Shown here: piece by piece, positions 54,761 through 64,000 of the stretch
Layout of the letters: every line of letters begins with the position of its first letter
Position numbering within the stretch: position 1 is the stretch's first letter
NCBI RefSeq assembly: GCF_022539665.2
Contig: NC_081333.1
Location: 868,001-932,000 of the forward strand
DNA: 64,000 nt
Reading direction: 5' to 3'
From: Daphnia carinata
Lineage: Eukaryota
Program-made: the position numbers and the translations under genes
The notes under the pieces: generated by a model
Seen by the model: the letters and a program-made list of their open reading frames with translations, nothing else
What the model was told of the DNA's origin: nothing
Database searches by the model: none

Positions 54761-55154
54761 ACGCGTTATTCTCCATCCACGCTACTGAACTAACTGCGAA
54801 TGGCATCCAATGGACTGAAATTGCCTACGCCAGTAATAACGAGTCTGAGCGGTAGATGGCTACGTGTCGGAAAAAAAGAAAAAAGTGTGATCTTTTTTTT
54901 TTTTTTTTGGCGAAATTTTTTTTTTTTTTTTTTTTTGTGTAAAACTATGGCAATATGGCAATCTATTATGGCAATCCGTTTTACACAAAAAAAAAAAAAA
55001 AATTCCGCCAAAAAAAAAAAAAAATCACACTTTTTTCTTTTTTTCCGACACGTAGCCATCTACCGCTTAGACTCGTTATTACTGGCATAGGCAATTTCAG
55101 TCCATTGGATGCCATTCGCAGTTAGTTCAGTAACGTGGATGGAGAATAACGCGT
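54761..55154. repeat. Small palindrome P0: ~180 bp arms (54761-54945 / 54978-55154) with three TATGGCAA copies in the loop
   Basis: Mirror ORFs 54790-55059(-)/54800-55090(+); a few substitutions between arms; TATGGCAA at 54946, 54954, 54967. Confidence 0.9.
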
Positions 55155-55841
55155 GGCTGGAGGAACAATTGAAAAATGGATAAGATAATACAACAAAAGG
55201 ATGGTAAGTATAAACATTATTATATTGGTTTTCAATTATTAATTATTGTTTATTAGATCAAATTATGAAGCTGTAGGCCCAATTATTGGAACAACCCAAA
55301 ATATTAGATAACAGCAAAGCTAAGGATGGTAAGGCCTAATATGTAATGATTCTATTTATTTGCTTTTATTCATTTGTGTTTTGTAGCTCAAATTTTGAGT
55401 CTACAAGCTCAGCTAGGGGAAAAGAACAAATTGGAACGGAACAGTTTCCAAACAGTGAAGGAGGTTTTTCAAAACTCTTCCCTAACTGAACGTGAGGATG
55501 AATTGGCATTAGGCGAACACAGTCAGGTACCTAAACGTTTCAAATAAGAATTCAAAATAAGTATAGAATTTTAACAAACAATTATTTATTGTTTAGTTAT
55601 TCAGTCTACCACCTGACAGTGTGTTAAAGTTAAATTCTGTTAGTGCTGCAGTAAAAGAATTGTTAGTAATAAGTCCATGCAGCGAAGGAAATGAACAATT
55701 GTGGGACCGTATTTGGGCTGAAAATGGGTGTGGTACGGAAACCCAGAAATAGCATGAGTTCAACATAAAACATGAAGTAGGTACTTTTCGGTTTTTTGTC
55801 TATTGAAAAAGTATTTTTAATGCTATTATTTTGCATTCACA

Positions 55842-56618
55842 GAATTTTAGTGGGGGATCAAGTCAAGTCTGGAAGTGTTACAGGATGGAAGAGTGAGCCT
55901 ACAGTTGAAAAACACTGAAAGTGCATTACCATTAAGGTATGAGGTAAAGTAATAGAGTATGCAAATTGTCGAATGAGAAGTACCATCTTGTGTGAATGAA
56001 TCCTGTGTAACAGCAATCCTTTATAGTTCTGTCACAGCTAGAAGCCTCAAATAATTCTGCCTCTCTTGCTAAAGAACAACTTGTCCTTTACATTCAGAAT
56101 GTTGGTGAAGCTAGGTACTTAAATGGCCCTAAAGATGTTTCATTTCATTGGCATTGCAGCGATGAACATCATACATGGACTTTTTAGGTATGAAAGGAAT
56201 TTTCTTGAAAATATTTTGAATTTATGACAAAGCATTTCTCCTCCTTTTTGCCAACCATGTCTAATCTACAAAAAAAAATTATCCAATAGGAAAGGATTTT
56301 CAGCATACTGGGAACACAACTATCAACAATGCAACATTCTACGGGTGTTATTTTATCATTCAAGAGCCTTGTACAATGATTTTCATCTACAATTTGTATG
56401 GCCTTTCCCAAGCTTCTGTCAGAAGTTGAATCTATGAGTCATGTAAGTCACATGAGCAACAATTGAGATGCTTAATGGTGTTGTTTTTCTTTTCTCAGTG
56501 TAGGTTAATAGTAACATTGGATCTGAAAAAATTCGTGGTTGGGGCATGACACTGAATAAATTATAATGATTGGATGGATGACATGATATTTCTATACTTC
56601 ATTCGGATTCCCGAGACG
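55842..56618 (+). pseudogene. Decayed multi-exon gene in the P2 left arm, homologous to the P1 arm gene (further exon-like blocks at 55155-55780)
   Basis: ...IQEP(C/Y)TMIFI(Y/C)N/CMAFPKLL(S/P)EVESMSH|VNSNIGSEKIRGWGM...; same phase-0 intron position as in P1; frameshifts present. Confidence 0.6.
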
Positions 56619-57213
56619 GTATTTTATATTTAAAAAATTGAAGTGCATATCTGGGCTCCCCTCCTTTCCGTAGCCCCGTTTCCCCTTGACTCGTAATAAG
56701 CCCGTAGGGGGTCATGCCCCTACTGTACGGTATATATAAAAACAACATATACCGAGGTTTGGAGGGCTCTGGCCGGAAAGGGGACGTGGGGTGCCGCTTA
56801 GTCCGATGATGTGTTCACGGAGGGCGACGTGGCTACCCACAAATCCGAACTAAAGGTTAATCGCTCCTGTAAAAATGTTCCAAATCTTCAGCTCTTCTTC
56901 CGGCTTCTCTTAGCCAATCACCGGGTAATCTCCCCGGTGGGTCAACAAGGCAGTGTCTCCCCCTGTCTGGGTTGACGGCAACTTTTGAAAGGGCTATTGT
57001 GCCCTTTTAAAGTTGCAAAAATAATTGTAATGTGCAGAGGATTGTCAATAAAATTTTTTTTATAAAATATTTTTTGCAAAATTTGTTTCTTTCATTGTCT
57101 GTGTTCACACATTACATTTATCAACTTTTTTTTTGCTTTGCTTTATTTGTTTTTGTCACTTTTGATGGTAAGCATTGTTTCCATCGGTTTATCATTTATC
57201 TGTAAGCATTCTA

Positions 57214-57637
57214 TTATTATCCAGGGATCGAACCCTGGATGTTCGGCATACCGCGCCGATGCTCTACCAATGAGCCATGAATCCTGTTACGACAAATTGG
57301 CTTTTTTCTAGTCACTTGTAGACTTGCATTTACACTTAGAATAAAACTGAAATGCAATTCTGCAAAATACTCTTCTACATTTACTCTACTTCATTTTTAC
57401 ACATCTACTGAGGTTTGAACCCTGGGTAACAGGTATCGCAGCTAAAGTCTCTACCACAGAGATAATAACCATATAAAAGCAAAAGAAAGATATACATATA
57501 AATGTGAAAGATTGCATGAACATCCTAGACGATAACATATGATATGCGATAATAAAATGTTAAGATATGTCTCGTGGCTCAATGTTAGAGCATCGGCGTT
57601 GCACGCTGAATGTCTGGGGATCGGTTCCCATACGAGT
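57214..57637. ncRNA. Three tRNA-like units in the P2 spacer (57214-57284 -, ~57400-57470 -, 57569-57637 +)
   Basis: Same order and orientation as the three P1 units, with stems retained. Confidence 0.6.
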
Positions 57638-59464
57638 GAAACAAAATACAAAATTACTTCAAAAAATATCCAGATATTACACGTTGTTCCTTGAATCTAA
57701 GTTGAAGAATTCAAAGAGTGTAATAAATAATAATTGAATGCTGACAGATAAACGATAGACCAATGGAAACAATGTTTACCATCAAAGGTGACAAAAACAA
57801 ATAAAGCAAAGCAAATAAAAAAAAGTTGATAAATGTAATGTGTGAACACAGACAATGAAAGAAACAAATTTTGCAAAAAATATTTTATAAAAAAAATTTT
57901 ATTGACAATCCTCTGCACATTACAATTATTTTTGCAACTTTAAAAGGGCACAATAGCCCTTTCAAAAGTTGCCGTCAACCCAGGCAGGGGGAGACACTGC
58001 CTTGTTGACCCACCGGAGAGATTACCCGGTGATTGGCTAAGAGAAGCCGGAAGAAGAGCTGAAGATTTGGAACATTTTTACAGGAGCGATTAACCTTTAG
58101 TTCGGATTTGTGGGTAGCCAGGTCGCCCTCCGTGAACACATCATCGGACTAAGCGGCACCCCACGGACCAAGCATGACCCCCTACGGCCTTATTAGAAAT
58201 TTAGGGGAAACGGGGCCTCAGAAAGAAGGGAGCCCAGATATGCACTTCAATTTTTTAAATATAAAATACCGTCTCGGGAATCCGAATGAAGTATAGAAAT
58301 GTCATGTTAACCATCCAATCATTGCAATTTATTCAGTGTCTTGCCCCAACCAAGAATCTTTTCAGATCCAATGTTACTATCAACCTATACTGAGAAAAGC
58401 AAAACACCATTAAGCATCTCAATTGTTGCTCATGTGACTTACATGACTCATAGATTCAACTTCTGGCAGAAGCTTGGGAAAGGCCATACAAATTGCAGAT
58501 GAAAATCATTGTATAAGGCTCTTGAATGATAAAATAGCACCCGTAGAATGTTGCATTGTTGATAGCTGTGTTCCCAGTATGCTGAAAATCCTTTCCTATT
58601 GGATAAATTTTTTTTTGTAGATTAGACATGGTTGGCAAAAAGGAGGAGAAATGCTTCGTCATAAATTCAAAAATTTTTCAAGAAAATTTCTTTCATACCT
58701 AAAGAGTCCATGTATGATGTTCATCGCTGCAATGCCAGCGAAGTGAAACATCGGTAGGGCCATTAAAGTACCCAGCTTCACCAACACTCTGAACGTTAAG
58801 GACAAGTTTTTTGTTCTTTAGCAAGAGAAGCAGAATTATTTGAGGCTTCTAGCTGTGACAGAACTATAAAGGATTGCTGTTATACAGGATTCATTCACAC
58901 AAGATGGTACTTCTCATTAGACAATTTGCATACTCTATTACTTTACCTCATACCTTAACGGCAATGCACTCTCAGTGTTTTTTCAACTGTAGGCTCACTC
59001 TTCCATCCTGTAACACTTCCAGACTTGACTTGATCCCCCGCTAAAATTCTGTGAATGTAAAACAATAGCATTAAAAATACTTTTTCGATAGACAAAAAAC
59101 CAAAAAGTACCTAATCCATGTTTGATGTTGAGCTCATGCCGTTTCTGGGTTTCCGTACCACACCCATTTTCGGCAGACTTTATGGCAATATTAATCAAAG
59201 CCACACGTCCCACTATGAAATGGATGTTGAAAAGCAAATAAAAACCTGTTGAGATGGATATCAGGAGAATCAGAATAGATCTCAATCAACTTCAGTTATT
59301 CCCTTCCCTATAGTACTTAGTGACATAGAAGAGAAGACCTAAAATGCAAAGGTAAAAATATTGGGCATAATTGCAGTTTACCAAGCATAGTAGCAAAATA
59401 AAATAATTATCAAAGAAAAACATATGCACACTTGGGTTGCCGAATGGGTAAGTTTGATGCAAAC

Positions 59465-59482
59465 TATGGCAATCCGTTTTAC
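59465..59482 (+). repeat. Terminal motif TATGGCAATCCGTTTTAC
   Basis: Identical to 54967-54984 and the reverse complement of 8755-8772. Confidence 0.85.
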
Positions 59483-59799
59483 ACCCCCCCCCCCCATTGA
59501 CTACGCCAAATGGGTTCTTGCTTATCGGATCCTTTAATCGATTTTCGAAAGGCCAAACGATATTCGTTCCGAAAAAACGCAACTAAAGACGCACTGGTTT
59601 TCCGACATCATCGTTGAATTTCGATTCAAAATCATGGGTTTTTATAGCAATCCAGATTTCTGAGAAAATAAGTAAAGACAAAGTTAAGCTTGTTTTTTGT
59701 TTGAATCTGACTGAACTGGATTTTACCTAGATGGCGACACATGATGTCTTTGAAGAGGAGGAGCCTGTGTCTGTCACATCACGAGTCACGTCACGGGAA

Positions 59800-60505
59800 G
59801 CGAGTGGGTCGACAGGCAGCGCGTGGGCCGACGGGCAGATGAGTGGGTCGACGGGCAGCGAGGGGGCCGACGGGCAGAACGGGGGCTGACGGGCAGAGAG
59901 GTCTACGGGCAATAACAGCGGGCTTCTTAGCGGGCAGAAGCAAAAAATGGATGGACGGACAACTATAGCGGGGGTGTTGACGGGCCGAGACTGTGACGAA
60001 AGGGTGGGCAAATGCAAAAAAAAGGTAGATGTTCCCCCAGTAGGCATTTTTGGGGGCAGAATGGGAGTTGACGGGCAGAGTGTGGGTTGACGGGCAGAGA
60101 GGGGGTCGACGGGTAAAGTGTGGTTGGGCAGAGAAAGTGAGGGGATGGCCGGCAGAAACAATGAGTGGGTCGGCGGGGATGAAAGGGGAACTCTTGATTG
60201 ATGAATAGAATTAAGAGTAGACGGGCAAAAAATAGGCATGGGTCAATTTTCTTAAAAATAGCGTAAAAATACGCTAGCGCCAACTATCCCCCGGCCGTGG
60301 ACGGGCTCAACGTTACTAGTAAATAAATAAAGTGAGAGGGTTTGCGGGCAAAAATAGGGAGTGTTTTAATATGAAAAAAGAATTAAAATTAGACGGCAAA
60401 ATAACGAATAAATTAGGCTCAAATTAACGATTGACCGACTAAAATTAAGAAAAAGAAGCGTTAAAATGCGCTATCCCCAGGTCTTGCACGGGCAAAAGTT
60501 ACTAG
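59800..60505 (+). mobile_element. Probable non-autonomous Helitron-like remnant: degenerate ~20 bp GGGTCGACGGGCAG minisatellite followed by two hairpin+CTAG|T 3' ends
   Basis: CTATCCCCCGGCCGTGGACGGGCTCAACGTTACTAGT (CTAG 60316-60319) and CTATCCCCAGGTCTTGCACGGGCAAAAGTTACTAGT (CTAG 60502-60505) fit the Helitron 3' signature; no 5' TC end or RepHel coding sequence identified. Confidence 0.5.
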
Positions 60506-60549
60506 TGCGTTGCTAAACGTAAAAAAAAATATTAATATAATTATAAAAA

Positions 60550-60608
60550 CATAGAATCGAACCCGTGAAATCAGCATGGTAGCCGTATACTAAGCCATAG
60601 CGCCATAC
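60550..60608 (-). pseudogene. Degenerate tRNA-like element
   Basis: Minus strand GTATGGCGCTATGG...CACGGGTTCGATTCTAT with A- and B-box-like motifs. Confidence 0.4.
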
Positions 60609-60680
60609 TACACTATTCCATTGCTTCATAAGCTACCTATTTCAATGGGTGACACCCAAAGCAAAATTTGTTTGGGATGT

Positions 60681-60753
60681 GCGGTCCTGGCACAGTGGTT
60701 ACCACCTTCGCTTCGCATTCTGAGGGCCCCGGGTTCAAGTCCCGCCACCGCCA
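60681..60753 (+). pseudogene. tRNA pseudogene / tRNA-derived element
   Basis: GCGGTCCTGGCACAGTGGTT...CCGGGTTCAAGTCCCGCCACCGCCA: 73 nt, A and B boxes, 5 of 7 acceptor pairs, broken D and anticodon stems. Confidence 0.6.
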
Positions 60754-60814
60754 ATTTCCCTCCCTCCCTTTCCCTCCAATTCATCATTCAAGATACGCAA
60801 GATTCTACTCATTC

Positions 60815-60950
60815 AAGAAAGAAAAGAAGAAGAAAGAATAAAAGAAGAAAGAAAAAAAGAAGAAAGAATAAAAGAAGAAAGAATAAAAGAAGAAAGAATA
60901 AAAGAAGTGAGAAAAAAAGAAGAAAGAATAAAAGAAGAGAGAAAAGAAGA
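60815..60950. repeat. Purine-rich 15-bp minisatellite (AAAGAAGAAAGAATA, ~9 copies)
   Basis: Read directly; accounts for the spurious KNKRR-repeat ORF. Confidence 0.85.
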
Positions 60951-60983
60951 GCCATGCCTACTATAACGGGGCTAAATGGTACA

Positions 60984-61069
60984 CCAAAAAAGCCTTGCCA
61001 GGCTAAAAATGGCAAAAAAAAGCCTTGCCAGGCTAAAAATGGCAAAAAAAGCCTTGCCAGGCTAAAAAT
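60984..61069. repeat. Tandem ~29-bp repeat x3 (CAAAAAAAGCCTTGCCAGGCTAAAAATGG) with internal dyad AGCCT-TGCC-AGGCT
   Basis: Read directly. Confidence 0.85.
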
Positions 61070-62831
61070 CGATCTGTAGTACTGTTCACTACACGTTAAG
61101 GATCGACCCACAAACTGAAGGGTGGAGAAGAGGGGAACATTGAACGTAGGCTGTTCGTTAGCCTCCCCACGGCCTGAAAGACGGCTCGTGGATGCAGACG
61201 CTTATGATCGGGATATGTGACCCAATTCGATACCTGTAAGTTTTTGTTGTTCCTTTTTGTATCTAACACCATTACGTACAGTAGTACTAGTAGACTATTT
61301 AAAATTGACAAATTTATATAAATTTAAAACTTCTTTCATATTCTTTCACCTACTCCTAAGGAAAATTAGCGCCACTTGGCGGCCGAAGAAAATCTACCTA
61401 TCCCCCGGCGCTTCTGTGTTCATCCAGGCTGCTACTCTTCAAACATGGAGTCTTGCTGTCGCCTCTAAGAACCCCATAGTACTACTTTTTCCAGGTTAGT
61501 TCCATAGTTAGTAATAGTCATCTTAAAAGAAAGAGTTAGTCAGGTGAAGAAATAGAAGTTGAAGTTCTTTTAAGCTCTCTTAGGTATGCAATGGAAGTTT
61601 TTGCATGCTCATAACTTTGTTCTATACGCTCAGAAACGTCTTCAGCGAGCTCGATTTGTTCATAGTTCTGTTTTTGGAATCAACGGCGATATGGAACAAC
61701 AAATATACACAACAGTATGTGGACAACAAGAAAGCTTCTGTTTGAAGAAAAAACTACATCAGTAACCAGTTGCAGGTTCTCATTCATGGTAAAGCTATAT
61801 GATTAACTGACTTTTGCTATTCTTCTTTAGACCACATGTTTAATTCATCATATATACATATTTCTTTTCTTTTTGGGCATGGTTATGTTAGATTTACATA
61901 GAAAACCGATAAGAGTTTTTGGACTACCGTACTGCTTTTCGCATGTTTGACGTTTATCCGTCGATATCCATGTTGCCATGGCTAAAACAACAAAAAGGTT
62001 GGAATCTAGATACTACGTGGTACGTTATTATACAAATATTTATTCATTAATTGTTTTCTTAATTTATTTTTGTTACAGCTTTCACTTTACGCTATGTACT
62101 TCGAGGACTTTGCGTTTAGCTGTGAAAACCTTATTCTTCTATAAGCAAGGCATGTCGTTTTGAGATTCCATTTTAATCATTACTAAAACATTTTCAAAAT
62201 TGTATCACGTTTTCAGTGCGTCTTGTATTGCCAACGCTGCTGATGTCTGAAATAACCATGGCCTAGGTAAGGTTTGAGTCGTATAATTCTTTTATGTGCT
62301 ATATTAATCTGAAGTCTTTCTTATCTGTGAAACGAGAGCAAAGAAAAGGAAGCATTCGTCTTTAAAACAACCGACTACGCAGCAACATGCAACCATGTAT
62401 CTACCATTATCATAAGGGTTTGTTATTAGAAACACAGAGTTAAACATCCGGAATTGGCACAGCAGCAAAGCTTCAACTTCAAAATAGTTGGAAGCCATAC
62501 AAGTAATAGTATTTATTTAAAATTTTACGCTTCTCAATCTGAAGTTGAGTGCTGAGAAGCTCTTCCCGTATTCATATATAATTGAAATGTTCAAGTGATG
62601 TGAACGAGGTAGGACATCCATTTAGATCCAAATCATTCTAACATCTAGATATCTTGCGTAGTTTGTCATAAGTAATCCCTCAATCGTCCTCCATTTTACT
62701 ATACCATTCTATTCCACAAATTCAAAGTTAATTCCAATTACAAAGGGAACGGCCTCCTTGCGGATATTTATTTATTACGTATAAATTTATCTTTGTTTAA
62801 TGTATTTCTTTGAAAGTGAAAATGCAGGCAG

Positions 62832-63280
62832 AACGAAACGGAATCACTAAGAGCCGTTTTGGTCAGTGTGGGAACGGGGTGAAGTTAAATCCGGCTAAGG
62901 TCTAAAGGCGAAGCCTTAAGCACGGGATTTATTTAATAAATTTACAATTCGGGTGATTTTTTTTTCTTATTTCACATCATGTAAACTATATACACACCTT
63001 TTGATTTTATGCTTAATAGGCTTTCTCGAATATACGCGGCGGATGTTTTAAAATTGCATTATGTCTGTATATTGGAGTAGGCCTATCGTAGTTTAAATCC
63101 CAGAAGTGTGTGATTCATTCCTCATCAGGGCAAAACATATAGTTAACAAGATGTCGAATTCAGTTGTCGATCGAGGAAGTTTTCAATGCTTTCTGTTGAT
63201 TTCGTCGAAGGTTTTCGGCCGGATTGCACTCAACTCGTCCCCATACTGACCGAAATGGCTCTGGATGATTTCGTTTGCTT
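62832..63280. repeat. Old diverged inverted repeat (~62832-62900 / ~63212-63280), possible MITE remnant
   Basis: AAACGGAATCACTAAGAGCCGTTTTGGTCAGTGTGGGAACG...AATCCGGC versus reverse complement AAACGAAATCATCCAGAGCCATTTCGGTCAGTATGGGGACG...AATCCGGC. Confidence 0.55.
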
Positions 63281-64000
63281 TCCAACAGACAAACATTCCA
63301 TCTATTTCAAAGCGTGCTTTATACTTGAGAAAACCGAATACGCCTTGATAAGTCTCTGCACGTGAGGCCGTTTCCCCTGTAGGTGGAATGAAATGGTATG
63401 GTAGAATGGATGAAAATTAGATGAACTTGAATTAACAGATATTTTTCTGGATTTTTTTATCGCACACATCACGTACAGTCTACATTTTTCAATAGCAGTG
63501 GTACATATTAATCTGTCCTGATGGTGAATTAATAGAAAATTCTGATGTTCAATAATTCTTGAAATGCACAAAACTTATCTTCAAAGGATTAAGATTTTAG
63601 TTAGTGGTAATCTTAATAGCCATGTTTTTCTTGAATCGTTATAATATTTTTCCCTTCCAGATTACATTAAATCAAGGGATTGCTCTCCTACTATGATTAC
63701 AACAAGGAGTCACATCAATTCCAAACAAGTTAACAATGAAGGTTTTATGGAAAAGCACTAGCACGTAACCTGGATGAGCCCGGCGGATCTCCTTAGCCAA
63801 GGTTTAAAATGTTTTCTCTGTCTGGCTGTTACGCAAAACAAGGGTGCGTGACACATACTAAATCGGGTGAGTAATTAGTAAATAAGACCTATCGAAGTTT
63901 AATTATTCTCGGAACATTAAGAATCATCCTTATTTTCTTCTAATAGAAACTTTCTCTTTCTAGGTTACTAATATTGATGGATTTACATTGCGCCGGAAAA

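Larger units (their letters stand above)
55717..59174. mobile_element. Fold-back element P2: ~1.5 kb inverted arms (55717-57218 / 57722-59174), roughly 95% identical by eye, around a ~500 bp spacer; left part probably extends to the terminal motif at 54967
   Basis: Arm-to-arm reverse complementarity read directly; shares core and spacer with P1; right arm has a ~60 bp net deletion near 58165. Confidence 0.8.

Noticed and set aside
56300..56452. Resemblance to protelomerase (YHSRALY versus YKDSRAIY) or to a KDZ-associated CxC domain in alternative frames
   Set aside because: The synonymous-substitution pattern between P1 and P2 supports a different reading frame, so these resemblances are probably chance.
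60984..61069. CRISPR-like palindromic repeats
   Set aside because: Units are directly adjacent with no unique spacers, the context is eukaryotic and there are no cas genes.
60621..61079. 152-aa basic protamine-like ORF
   Set aside because: It is a translation of a tRNA-like element plus two minisatellites, with a non-ATG start.
61600..62500. Exon-like fragments after the minisatellites
   Set aside because: Interrupted by stops and no identifiable product; insufficient support.

Overview
Eukaryotic, AT-rich animal DNA with very short introns (~55-85 nt) and dense homopolymer/microsatellite tracts; the style suggests a small-genome arthropod such as Daphnia (inference). It holds a compact cluster of four housekeeping genes (mRpS17 +, CTDP1/FCP1 -, METTL15 +, HTATIP2 -; 9.1-15.8 kb), a single-exon four-jointed (fj/FJX1) Golgi kinase gene (40.3-41.9 kb) inside a ~35 kb simple-repeat-rich region with no other recognisable gene, and repeat-rich zones at both ends. 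The most unusual content is two related kb-scale fold-back (palindromic) elements, P1 at 3538-8707 and P2 at ~54967/55717-59174. Each has (i) arms carrying a decayed, intron-containing, inward-pointing gene that I cannot identify but which is homologous between the two elements, (ii) a highly conserved ~380-nt multi-hairpin core in each arm, (iii) a central spacer with three outward-facing tRNA-like units, and (iv) nearby TATGGCAATCCGTTTTAC terminal motifs, mostly with a CTCF-like site. All alignments and folds were done by eye, so identities are approximate.
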